43,402 nt of DNA from an uncultured Collinsella sp. (GTDB lineage Bacteria; Actinomycetota; Coriobacteriia; Coriobacteriales; Coriobacteriaceae), in NCBI GenBank assembly GCA_902489225.1, contig CABTZA010000001.1, positions 1-43,402 on the forward strand, read 5' to 3'. Shown piece after piece: positions 1 to 8,543 of this stretch (within the stretch, counting starts at the first letter, position 1; every line of letters starts with the position of its first letter). Position numbers and translations under genes: made by a program. A model generated the notes under the pieces. That model was not told where the DNA came from, ran no database searches, and saw nothing but the letters and a program-made list of their open reading frames with translations.

Positions 1-101
1 GCCGTCGCGAGGAAGCGGCTCAGGGCGATATACGCCGTGATGCGCGACCGGGTGCCCTACCGGGAGTAGCCCCGACGGTTGACAAAACTATAGGAACACC
101 C
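1..101 (+). mobile_element. 3' end of an IS110-family insertion sequence (transposase C-terminus 1-69, right end about 70-101); truncated by the window edge
   Basis: Frame 1 reads AVARKRLRAIYAVMRDRVPYRE* (stop 67-69), resembling the IS110 C-terminal 'A.ARKL...IYA.LRD..PY' pattern. It is followed by TTGACAAAACTATAGGAACACCC, similar to actinobacterial IS110 right ends. Only 22 residues are visible. Confidence 0.75.
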
Positions 102-135
102 AATGACTGGGTCGGAAAATTTCTTAAAAAAGTTC

Positions 136-163
136 TTGCCCTGAGCTGATTCGTCCGTATAAT
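136..163 (+). promoter_or_regulatory. Housekeeping-sigma promoter for the tRNA-Asn pair
   Basis: TTGCCC (136-141), 16-nt spacer, TATAAT (158-163), AT-rich upstream tract; 30 nt before the first tRNA. Confidence 0.8.
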
Positions 164-193
164 AAACTTCGTTGCTTGAGAGCACGCACCTAT

Positions 194-268
194 TCCTCGG
201 TAGCTCAATGGTAGAGCACGCGGCTGTTAACCGCGCTGTTGTAGGTTCGAGTCCTACCCGGGGAGCCA
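194..268 (+). tRNA. tRNA-Asn (GTT), CCA encoded
   Basis: Cloverleaf: acceptor TCCTCGG/CCGGGGA, anticodon arm CGCGG-CTGTTAA-CCGCG, T arm GTAGG-TTCGAGT-CCTAC, 3' GCCA. Confidence 0.98.
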
Positions 269-301
269 GAATTTTCCAGCCCTTTCCGTTGGGCTTTAAA
301 T

Positions 302-376
302 TCCTCGGTAGCTCAATGGTAGAGCACGCGGCTGTTAACCGCGCTGTTGTAGGTTCGAGTCCTACCCGGGGAGCCA
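302..376 (+). tRNA. tRNA-Asn (GTT), second identical copy
   Basis: Sequence identical to 194-268, separated by a 33-nt spacer. Confidence 0.98.
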
Positions 377-382
377 GGTTGT

Positions 383-412
383 AAAACCCGTCGCTTATGC
401 GGCGGGTTTTTT
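383..412 (+). terminator. Rho-independent terminator after the tRNA pair
   Basis: AAAACCCGTCGC-TTAT-GCGGCGGG-TTTTTT hairpin plus U tract. Confidence 0.85.
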
Positions 413-571
413 CATGCCGCGATCGCCGTTCGCGAACGTTACCATATCAACATTTCGTGTCGAGGATGTAATCCCGAGGCCCGCCACCTCAACATGCCGC
501 GGTCGTTGTAGAATATTGCAATGATTGCTCCCACGACATGGTGCCGCGAGCACCAAGAAAAGGAGATTCTT

Positions 572-928
572 GTGTCTGAGACCATTAACGGCAGCCTGAG
601 CGTCTCGAACGACGTTATTGCCGATATTGCCGGTTATGCCGCGATGACGTGCTATGGCGTTGTCGGTATGGCTGAGCAGCTCCAGGGCGCCGAGAGCGTG
701 CGCCTGCTTGCCGGTCAGCGCCTCCGCAAGGGCGTGCTTGTCTCCGCCGACGAGAACGGCCTTACGGTCGATCTTCACGTCGTGCTCGAGAACGGCGTCA
801 ACATGAAGTCCGTCTGCCACAATCTTTCGAGCTCCGTTGCCTTCACCCTGCAGGAGATCGCCCAGATCGATCCCGCCAGCCTTAAGATCGGCATCCATAT
901 CGACGCGCTCAAGAGCCGTCTGAACTAG
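572..928 (+). CDS. Asp23/Gls24 family protein (YloU-like)
   Basis: GTG start after AAGGAG. 'GSLSVSNDVIADIAGYAAMTCYGVVGM' motif. Directly upstream of a DAK2 gene, as in yloU-yloV. Confidence 0.9.
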   Translation: MSETINGSLSVSNDVIADIAGYAAMTCYGVVGMAEQLQGAESVRLLAGQRLRKGVLVSADENGLTVDLHVVLENGVNMKSVCHNLSSSVAFTLQEIAQIDPASLKIGIHIDALKSRLN

Positions 929-955
929 CATCCGAAAACGGAGATTCAAATACCC

Positions 956-2617
956 ATGATTGCAAAGACCATTCGCACCTGTTTTCCGATCGCTGCGGCT
1001 GCCGTTTCCGACAAGGCCGAGGAGATCAACAAGCTCAACGTCTTCCCCGTACCCGATGGTGATACCGGCACCAACATGTCGCTCACGCTCGCCTCGGTGA
1101 CCAAGGAGCTCTCTGCCCTTCCCGCCGATGCCGATATGGAGGCCATCGCCGGTGCCATCACCCACGGCTCTCTCATGGGCGCTCGCGGTAACTCCGGCGT
1201 TATTACCTCGCAGATTCTTCGCGGCGTGGCCGAGGGCCTTGTCTCTGCCGACGAGCCTATTACGTCCGCCAACATTGCCTTCGCCTTCCGTCGTGCCGTC
1301 AAGGTCGCCTTCCAGGCTGTCCGCAAGCCCATCGAGGGCACGATCCTCACGGTCCTGCGCGATGTCTCGACCAAGGCCGATGAGTGCGAGAAGAAGAAGT
1401 TCTCGGCCGAGGATGCGCTCGATGCTATCGTCGTCGAGGCGTACCAGTCCGTCGCCCGCACGCCCGACTTGCTGCCCGTCCTCAAAGAGAACGGCGTGGT
1501 CGACTCAGGCGCCTTCGGCTTTGCCATCTTCCTGGAGAACTTTGTTGCCGCCGCGCTTGGTCGCAGCACCGTTGTCGAGGATTTCTCCGCTACGTTTGAC
1601 TCCGCCGGCTCTGCCCGCGATGCCGCTCTTGGCCGCGTTGAGATCGAGGCTAACGACGACTGGGAGGGCTCGGAGTTCCGCTACTGCAACGAGTTTCTCT
1701 TTAAGGCCGACGCCCCGTTTGACGAGGACGAATGCCTTAAGTTCCTAGGCTCCATGGGCGACTGTGAGCTGCTCGTGGGCGCCTATCCCGACTACAAGAT
1801 CCATGTGCACTCCAATACCCCCAACCTGGTGCTCGAGCACATGCTGCAGCTCGGTCAGATCTATGAGGTCTTTATCCACAACATGGAGATGGAGGCCCAC
1901 GACCGTACCGCTAAGATCCACGAGGATCAGGAAAAGGCCGCCGAGCCCGCCAAGGCGCTGGGCTTTGTCGCCGTTGCCGCCGGTTCCGGCGAGGCCGACA
2001 TCCTCAAGTCCCTTGGCGTCGACGTGGTCGTCTCCGGTGGCCAGACTATGAATCCCTCGACCGCCGACCTGCTGGGCGCGGTGGACCAGGTCAACGCGAC
2101 CTCGGTCATCATCTTGCCCAACAACGGCAACATCCGCATGGCCGCTGAGGCTGCTGCCTCAGCCTGCACCGACAAGAAGGTCGCCGTCGTTCCCACCAAG
2201 ACCGTCCCGCAGGCCTTCTCCGCGCTGTTCGCAGTCCTGCCCGATTCCGAGCTCGAGGATGCCGTCGCCGCCATGGTCGACGCCATCAGCGAGGTCCGCG
2301 ATGGCGAGGTCACCCGCGCCGTGCGCGACTCTAGTGCCTCTGACGGCTCGCCGATTCACTCCGGTGACGTCATGGGTATCATCGCCGGCTCCATCGACGT
2401 GGTCGGCTCCGACGTGAAGCAGGTCACGCTCGACTGCATCAACCGCATGCAGGAGGAAGAGGAGGGCGACGCGCTGACGATTCTGGCCGGCGAGGAGCTG
2501 TCCGATGAGGCCTTCCAGGAGATCGTCGACGCCATCGAGGAAGCTCAGCCCGACTTGGAGATTGACGCCCATCGTGGCGAGCAGCCGCTCTATCCCGTGA
2601 TCTTCTCGATCGAGTAG
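956..2617 (+). CDS. fakA: DAK2-domain protein, fatty acid kinase catalytic subunit (FakA/YloV-like)
   Basis: 'INKLNVFPVPDGDTGTNM', 'GARGNSGVITSQ', 'GVVDSGA', 'GGQTMNPST' motifs. Confidence 0.9.
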   Translation: MIAKTIRTCFPIAAAAVSDKAEEINKLNVFPVPDGDTGTNMSLTLASVTKELSALPADADMEAIAGAITHGSLMGARGNSGVITSQILRGVAEGLVSADEPITSANIAFAFRRAVKVAFQAVRKPIEGTILTVLRDVSTKADECEKKKFSAEDALDAIVVEAYQSVARTPDLLPVLKENGVVDSGAFGFAIFLENFVAAALGRSTVVEDFSATFDSAGSARDAALGRVEIEANDDWEGSEFRYCNEFLFKADAPFDEDECLKFLGSMGDCELLVGAYPDYKIHVHSNTPNLVLEHMLQLGQIYEVFIHNMEMEAHDRTAKIHEDQEKAAEPAKALGFVAVAAGSGEADILKSLGVDVVVSGGQTMNPSTADLLGAVDQVNATSVIILPNNGNIRMAAEAAASACTDKKVAVVPTKTVPQAFSALFAVLPDSELEDAVAAMVDAISEVRDGEVTRAVRDSSASDGSPIHSGDVMGIIAGSIDVVGSDVKQVTLDCINRMQEEEEGDALTILAGEELSDEAFQEIVDAIEEAQPDLEIDAHRGEQPLYPVIFSIE

Positions 2618-2627
2618 GCATCTGCCC

Positions 2628-4805
2628 ATGTCCGAGCTCTGCTCCGTGCCGCGCGTCTCGGAGCGCTTTGCCCAGAGCAATGCGCTCGACGAGGATATCG
2701 CGCGACTCAAATATGTTTCGGGTAAACGTGAGGAGGCCCTTCGCCGTCTGGGAATTAGGACGGTGGGGGACCTCCTTCTCCATATCCCTCATCGATACCT
2801 CGACTTTACCCGTTCGTGGTCCATCGAGATGGCGCCCATCGGTACCGTGTGCACCATCATCGCCACGGTCGACCGCATCGTCCAAAAGCAGCCGCGTCCG
2901 CGCATGCAGGTGACCGAGGTATCGCTGGTGGACGAGACGGGCGTGTTGCAGGTCGCCTTTTTCCGCCAGCCCTGGATTGCCCAGCAGCTTAAACAGGGCG
3001 ACCGCCTGGCCGTGATGGGCAAGGTCGAGTTTGACTACGGTTTTAAGCAGATGGCCTCGCCGCACTTTGAAAAGCTCGATGACGGGCGTGCTGCGGGCAC
3101 CATCCTGCCGGTCCATTACGTGAGCGATGGCGTGAGCCAGGCGTGGATGCGCCGCATCGTAAGCGGCGCGCTCGAGGTCGTCGGCAATCCGTTCGATCCG
3201 ATTCCCGCGCCGCTGCGCGCAAAGCGGAAGCTCATGAGCAATGCCCGCGCGTTGCGTTCGATCCACTTTCCATCGAGTATGGCAGAGCGCGATATCGCGC
3301 GCGCACGGCTTGCCTACGAGGAGTGCCTCTACCTGCAGCTGGCGCTGCGCCTGCGCAACGTCGGCGGCCTGGTCGATGTGGTTCCCTATGCCCACACCGC
3401 GGGCGAGCACCTGGCCGCGCTTAAGCAAGCCCTGCCGTTTTCGCTGAGCGACGAGCAGGAGACCGCGTTCCAAGATATCCTGCGCGATATGTGCGATGGT
3501 GGGCGCGTGATGAACCGCCTGCTGCTGGGCGATGTCGGTACCGGTAAGACCGCCGTTGCCGCCTGCGCTCTGGCTGTGGCTGCCGATAGCGGTACGCAGG
3601 CCTGCGTTATGGCGCCCACGGGCGTGTTGGCGCGCCAATATGCCGATAAGACCGGCCCTCTGCTCTCGCAGGCGGGCATATCCTGGGCGCTTCTGACGGG
3701 TGCCACGCCGGCCTCAGAGCGCGAGCAGATCCATGCCCAGCTTGAATCGGGCGAGCTCGACGTCCTCTTTGGAACCCACGCGGTGCTTTCGGATAACGTT
3801 GCGTTCAATCATCTGTCGCTTGTCGTCATCGACGAGCAGCACCGGTTTGGCGTTGGCCAACGCAACGCCCTACGCGCGAAGGGCCCCGGTGCGGACCTGC
3901 TCGTTATGACGGCGACACCGATCCCGCGTACGCTGGCGCTTTCGGTCTACGGCGATCTGGACACGAGTATCATCCGCCATCGGCCCGTCCCTGGCGCTGG
4001 CGTGACGACACGCGTGCTCACCGAGTCGAGCCGCGACCTCGCCTATGGCGCCATCCGCGAGGCGCAGGAAAAGGGTCAGCAGGCCTACGTGATTTGCCCG
4101 CTCGTGGAGCCGAGTGACTCGGCCGATGAGCTTGAAGACGTGCCCGGTATCGCCCGCGACGACGAGGGCCGCGTGACCGTGCCTGTGCCGCTGCACGATA
4201 CGGCGACCGAGCTCGATCGCCTGCGTCTGGCGTTGCCGGGTCTTGCCATCGAGCGCCTTCACGGCCGTATGCCAGCGGGGGAGAAGGATCGCGTGATCGA
4301 CGCCTTCAAGCGTGGCGAGATTGACGTGCTCGTCTCGACTACGGTGGTCGAGGTGGGCGTCGACGTGCCCAACGCCACCGTCATGGTCATCGAGAACGGT
4401 GAGCGGTTTGGCTTGGCGGCGCTGCATCAGCTACGCGGTCGCGTGGGCCGCGGCAGCGTGTCGGGCACGTGCCTGGTCATGACGCACTCCAAGGGCAATG
4501 GCGGCGCCTCGGCGGCACAAGACCGTCTCCAGTCGCTCGAAAAGACCTCGGATGGTTTTACGCTTGCCCAGATGGACCTGCGTCTGCGTCACGAGGGCGA
4601 AATCCTGGGGTACCGTCAGCACGGTGGCGTGACCTTGCGCTTTGTGGACCTGGATGCCGATGAGGACCTTATCGAATGGGCCCATTTGGACGCGGTCGAG
4701 CTCTTGCGGTATGCTTGCAACCTTGACTCTGTGGCGACGCGTCCCTTGCGCGAGGCGGTCGCCATGCGTTATCGACATATCTTTAAGGAGGTCAGCGGAG
4801 GATGA
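2628..4805 (+). CDS. recG: ATP-dependent DNA helicase RecG
   Basis: 'MNRLLLGDVGTGKT', 'IDEQHRFGV', 'MTATPIPRTL', 'LHQLRGRVGRG'. Confidence 0.97.
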   Translation: MSELCSVPRVSERFAQSNALDEDIARLKYVSGKREEALRRLGIRTVGDLLLHIPHRYLDFTRSWSIEMAPIGTVCTIIATVDRIVQKQPRPRMQVTEVSLVDETGVLQVAFFRQPWIAQQLKQGDRLAVMGKVEFDYGFKQMASPHFEKLDDGRAAGTILPVHYVSDGVSQAWMRRIVSGALEVVGNPFDPIPAPLRAKRKLMSNARALRSIHFPSSMAERDIARARLAYEECLYLQLALRLRNVGGLVDVVPYAHTAGEHLAALKQALPFSLSDEQETAFQDILRDMCDGGRVMNRLLLGDVGTGKTAVAACALAVAADSGTQACVMAPTGVLARQYADKTGPLLSQAGISWALLTGATPASEREQIHAQLESGELDVLFGTHAVLSDNVAFNHLSLVVIDEQHRFGVGQRNALRAKGPGADLLVMTATPIPRTLALSVYGDLDTSIIRHRPVPGAGVTTRVLTESSRDLAYGAIREAQEKGQQAYVICPLVEPSDSADELEDVPGIARDDEGRVTVPVPLHDTATELDRLRLALPGLAIERLHGRMPAGEKDRVIDAFKRGEIDVLVSTTVVEVGVDVPNATVMVIENGERFGLAALHQLRGRVGRGSVSGTCLVMTHSKGNGGASAAQDRLQSLEKTSDGFTLAQMDLRLRHEGEILGYRQHGGVTLRFVDLDADEDLIEWAHLDAVELLRYACNLDSVATRPLREAVAMRYRHIFKEVSGG

Positions 4806-5458
4806 GAATCATCGGCGGCGAATGGCGCGGTCGTAAGATCGAGGAGCCCCGTGGTCGCGATGTCACCCGCCCCACGACTGATCGCGTGCGCGAGGCGTGC
4901 GCATCTATGGTCATGTCGGCATTCGATTTCGATTTGGACGAGGTTCGTGTGCTGGACGCCTTTGGCGGCTCCGGTGCCTTAGGGTTAGAGATGCTCTCTC
5001 GTGGGGCCCGCTCGCTCACGACGTTTGAGATCGATCGCAACGCCGCGCGGCTCATTACCAAGAATATCGAGTCGCTCTGCCGTGACCGTGCGCGTTGGCG
5101 TGTGGTCACGGGCGACATGCTGGCAAGTGCCTCGCGCGGTCGTGTACCGGGCGGCCCCTTTGATTTGGTCCTGCTCGACCCGCCCTATGCTTTTGGTGCC
5201 GAGCCGGTCGAGGAAATGCTGCAGAACCTGGCTCAGCAGGGTCTGCTTGCGCCTGGCGCTTATGCCCTGTTTGAGCATGCCTCCGCCGATGCGGGCGCGC
5301 ATCCGGCAGGCTTTGAGACTGTACGTGAGAAGCGCTACGGCATTACCTCGGTCGACCTGCTTCGTTGGGTCGGCGATGACGACGGTGAGGACGATAGTGC
5401 CGTCACCGATGCCGATAACAACGATGCCACGACGTTTCAGGAGGACGCCCATGAATGA
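4802..5458 (+). CDS. rsmD: 16S rRNA (guanine966-N2)-methyltransferase RsmD, with acidic C-terminal tail
   Basis: 'MRIIGGEWRGR', 'RPTTDRVREA', 'LDAFGGSGALGLE', 'DPPY'; ATGA overlap with recG. Confidence 0.95.
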   Translation: MRIIGGEWRGRKIEEPRGRDVTRPTTDRVREACASMVMSAFDFDLDEVRVLDAFGGSGALGLEMLSRGARSLTTFEIDRNAARLITKNIESLCRDRARWRVVTGDMLASASRGRVPGGPFDLVLLDPPYAFGAEPVEEMLQNLAQQGLLAPGAYALFEHASADAGAHPAGFETVREKRYGITSVDLLRWVGDDDGEDDSAVTDADNNDATTFQEDAHE

Positions 5459-5948
5459 CACCATCAACCGCGTGATCGTCCCGGGCACCTTTGATCCCAT
5501 CACGTTTGGCCATATCGACGTGATTCGCCGCGCCCGCCGCATCTTTCCCAGCGTGATCGTGGCCGTTGCCGAGTCGCAGGGCAAAAACGGCGTCGGCACC
5601 ACGTTTATGCTCGACGAGCGCGTGGCGCTGGCCCGTGAGGCGCTCGGTGATATTGACGGCGTCGAGGTGCTGCCCTTCACCGGCCTCTTGGTCGATTTTG
5701 CCCGCGAACAGGGAGCAGGGGCCGTGGTCAAGGGCCTGCGTGCCATGACCGACTTTGAGTACGAGCTGCAGCAGGCCGACCTCAACTACCGCCTGGACAA
5801 CGAGCTGGAGTCCATCTTTGTCATGAGTGCGCCGCAGTACGGCTATATCTCGAGCTCGGTGGTTCGCCAGATTGCATCGCTCGGTAGCGACGTCTCTAAT
5901 TTTGTTCCGCCCAATGTGGTCAAGGCGCTCAAACATCGCTTTTCGTGA
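5451..5948 (+). CDS. coaD: Pantetheine-phosphate adenylyltransferase
   Basis: 'PGTFDPITFGHIDVI', 'KGLRAMTDFEYELQ', 'ISSSVVRQIA'. Start at ATG 5451 after GGAGG, not at the 5001 ORF start. Confidence 0.96.
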   Translation: MNDTINRVIVPGTFDPITFGHIDVIRRARRIFPSVIVAVAESQGKNGVGTTFMLDERVALAREALGDIDGVEVLPFTGLLVDFAREQGAGAVVKGLRAMTDFEYELQQADLNYRLDNELESIFVMSAPQYGYISSSVVRQIASLGSDVSNFVPPNVVKALKHRFS

Positions 5949-6016
5949 CGTTTTTTAATGCCTGGTGGCATGTGGTAAACTAACACGATGATATGTTACC
6001 TATGAAAGGAGACCGG

Positions 6017-6514
6017 ATGCCGGGCGAGAATTTTCCTGGCGACAGGATCGTGAGTCTTGTCGACGAGCTCGAGGGGCTCATCGAAGAGGCTAAGACGCCG
6101 TTCGGCAAGAACGCCCAGATGAAGGTTATCGACGCCGACGTCTTCTTTAACATCCTCGACGAGATCCGCATGAGCTATCCCGAGGAATGGCAGAAGTCCC
6201 GCCGTATCCTCAAGGAGCGCGAGGAGCTTATGGCTTCCGCCGCCGCTCAGGCCGATTCCATCATTGCCGATGCTCAGCAGCAGGCCCTCACCATTGCCGG
6301 TGAGCAGGAGATTGTCCGCTTAGCGCAGCAGCAGGCCGACGACATTCGCGACCGTGCCCAGCAGTATGAGCGCGAGACGCGCTATGCCGCCGAAGATTAC
6401 GCCGAGCAGGTCTTTACGCACCTCGAGGAGAACCTCAAGAGCCTGACCGGCACCGTCACCCGTTGCCGTCAGCAGCTCAACGAGGGTGCCGCCCAGCAGA
6501 ATGGTCAGTGGTAA
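6017..6514 (+). CDS. Coiled-coil DivIVA-like protein (SepIVA/Rv2927c-like; often labelled ATPase subunit-like)
   Basis: Heptad-rich A/E/Q/R sequence. Lies between coaD and DUF177-rpmF, the usual position of this family. AAGGAG precedes ATG 6017. Confidence 0.7.
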   Translation: MPGENFPGDRIVSLVDELEGLIEEAKTPFGKNAQMKVIDADVFFNILDEIRMSYPEEWQKSRRILKEREELMASAAAQADSIIADAQQQALTIAGEQEIVRLAQQQADDIRDRAQQYERETRYAAEDYAEQVFTHLEENLKSLTGTVTRCRQQLNEGAAQQNGQW

Positions 6515-7068
6515 TGGCTGAGTTCCCGAGCGTTACCGTCGATCTTTCCGAGCAGCTTGAGTTTCCCGGAGACTCGTATCCGCTGACCGGTAAGGTCGAT
6601 GTCGCCACCTATACGGTGGGCGAGAAGGAGTACCAGCTGCAGGACGGAATTGACTACGACGTGGTCTTTACCAATGCCGGCACCGGTGTCCTGCTTACGG
6701 GTATGGTCCGCGCGCACGCGACCGGTGAGTGCGACCGTTGCCTTGAGCCCGCTTCGTTTGATATTGCCGGTGAGATTGAGGAATTCTATCTCTTTAACGA
6801 GCCCGAGGACCCCGAGGCTTACGAGGACGGCTACGAGTTACTGGGCGAGGATCGCATCGTCGATCTGGGTGAGCCCATCAACGACGCGGTCGTCATGGAC
6901 ACGCCGTTCGTTGTCCTGTGCAAGCCCGATTGTCGCGGCCTGTGCCCCACATGCGGCATCAATCTCAACGTCGAGCAATGCGATTGCGCCGCTCAAGCAG
7001 AGGCCGAATGGGCCGCTGCCACGGAAAATCCATTTGCAGCATTGAAGAATCTCAAGCTTGACGAGTAA
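6514..7068 (+). CDS. yceD: YceD/DUF177 family protein
   Basis: 'CDRCL' and 'LCKPDCRGLCPTCGINLN...CDC...NPFAALKNL'; upstream of rpmF; TAATG overlap. Confidence 0.92.
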   Translation: MAEFPSVTVDLSEQLEFPGDSYPLTGKVDVATYTVGEKEYQLQDGIDYDVVFTNAGTGVLLTGMVRAHATGECDRCLEPASFDIAGEIEEFYLFNEPEDPEAYEDGYELLGEDRIVDLGEPINDAVVMDTPFVVLCKPDCRGLCPTCGINLNVEQCDCAAQAEAEWAAATENPFAALKNLKLDE

Positions 7069-7132
7069 AACTGTGGTAGTATCGCTACTTGCGCGTAATT
7101 GCCACACTGGATAGTTCATAAGGAAGGTCACT

Positions 7133-7312
7133 ATGCCCGTACCTAAACAAAAGCAGGGTCGTATCCGCACTCACACCCGCCGTTCCGCCAACATGAAGAT
7201 CTCGGCTGCGGCTCAGTCCACGTGCCCCCGTTGCGGCGCTGTCAAGCTCCCGCACCACGTGTGCCCCAGCTGCGGTTTCTACAAGGACCGCGAGGTTATC
7301 GTTACCGAGTAA
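7133..7312 (+). CDS. rpmF: 50S ribosomal protein L32 (Zn-ribbon form), 59 aa; absent from the supplied ORF track
   Basis: Hand translation: MPVPKQKQGRIRTHTRRSANMKISAAAQSTCPRCGAVKLPHHVCPSCGFYKDREVIVTE*. Confidence 0.97.
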   Translation: MPVPKQKQGRIRTHTRRSANMKISAAAQSTCPRCGAVKLPHHVCPSCGFYKDREVIVTE

Positions 7313-7352
7313 CTGTATACTCTGGATGCGATGCCGTTCCAACTGGAACCAC

Positions 7353-7382
7353 AATGGCCGGCTCAATGAGTCGGCCATTTTT
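7353..7382 (+). terminator. Terminator after rpmF
   Basis: AATGGCCGGCTC-AAT-GAGTCGGCCATT followed by further T residues. Confidence 0.75.
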
Positions 7383-7399
7383 GTATAAGGAGCATGTAT

Positions 7400-8419
7400 A
7401 TGAGTAACGTTCGCGTTTGTGTAGACGTTGTGGGCGGAGACGAGAAACCTCAGGTTGTTCTCGATGGTATCGAGGCTGCGCTTGCCGCCGATCCCGATAT
7501 CGAGGTCTTGGCGGCTGGCCCGGCCGAAATCGTCAATCCCTTTGCAGCTTCCCATGCACGTGTTGAGGCCCTTGAGGCACCTGACGTTATCGCCATGGAT
7601 GACGATCCCATTCGCGCCGTGATGACCAAGCGTAAGTCGTCGATCGTGCTTTCTTGCCGCGCCATTAAGAAGGGCAACGCGGATGCGTTCTTCTCCGCCG
7701 GCTCGACCGGTGCCATGACCGCCGCTGCCACCGCCTACGTGACGCCGTTTAGGTATCAGGCCGAAGGCAAGAAGCAGCCGGTGCGCCCCTGTCTGACCAA
7801 TGCGCTGCCCAATCGCGCCGGCGGTCTGACGGTGCTGTGCGACATGGGTGCCAACCCCGATGTCGAGGTTGACGATATGGTGCGTTTTGCCCAGATGGGC
7901 AGCGCCTATGCCCGCGTCGTCCTGGGCATCGAGCATCCTCGCGTGGGCCTGCTTGCCAACGGCACCGAGGACGAGAAGGGTTCTAACTTTACCAAGGCCT
8001 GTTTCCCTGCTATGAAGGCCGCCGTTCCCGGCTTTGTTGGTAACTGCGAGGGCACCGACCTCACCTCAGGCAACTTCGATGTCGTCGTTGCCGATGGTAT
8101 GTCGGGCAATATTGCGCTCAAGGCCACCGAGGGCGCTGCCAAGTTTTTGCTGCAGGAGCTCAAGGGTGTCTTTATGTCTTCGCTCGGCACCAAGATTGCC
8201 GCGCTGCTCATCAAAAAGCAGATGCGCGAGATTAAAGCCAAACTTTCGGGCGACGCCAAGGGCGGCGCGATTCTTTTGGGCCTGCGCGGCGTGGTCCTGA
8301 TCGGCCATGGTGCCACCTCGGTCGAGGCTGTCAAAAACGGTACGCTCGCGGCGGCCGAAGCCGTGCGCGCCGGGCTGGTCGAGAATGTCGCCAACTCTAT
8401 GGACGGTATCGTTTTATAA
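7400..8419 (+). CDS. plsX: Phosphate acyltransferase PlsX
   Basis: 'VDVVGGDEKP', 'SAGSTGA', 'DMGAN', 'DVVVADGMSGNIALKATEG', 'GGAILLGLRGVVLIGHG'. Start 7400 or 7394. Confidence 0.95.
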   Translation: MSNVRVCVDVVGGDEKPQVVLDGIEAALAADPDIEVLAAGPAEIVNPFAASHARVEALEAPDVIAMDDDPIRAVMTKRKSSIVLSCRAIKKGNADAFFSAGSTGAMTAAATAYVTPFRYQAEGKKQPVRPCLTNALPNRAGGLTVLCDMGANPDVEVDDMVRFAQMGSAYARVVLGIEHPRVGLLANGTEDEKGSNFTKACFPAMKAAVPGFVGNCEGTDLTSGNFDVVVADGMSGNIALKATEGAAKFLLQELKGVFMSSLGTKIAALLIKKQMREIKAKLSGDAKGGAILLGLRGVVLIGHGATSVEAVKNGTLAAAEAVRAGLVENVANSMDGIVL

Positions 8420-8543
8420 GAGCGAGTTAGAGCGCTGTTATGTGCTTCGCGGTGCACGTCGTGGGGTAGAATCAGAACCGTGTCTTGGTACCGCCCGGGC
8501 GGTACCATTCTTTTGGTATTCATGCACTATGAGAGGAAGCGCT

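Noticed and set aside
172..384. 70-aa ORF with an internal duplication
   Set aside because: It is a translation of the two tRNA-Asn genes.
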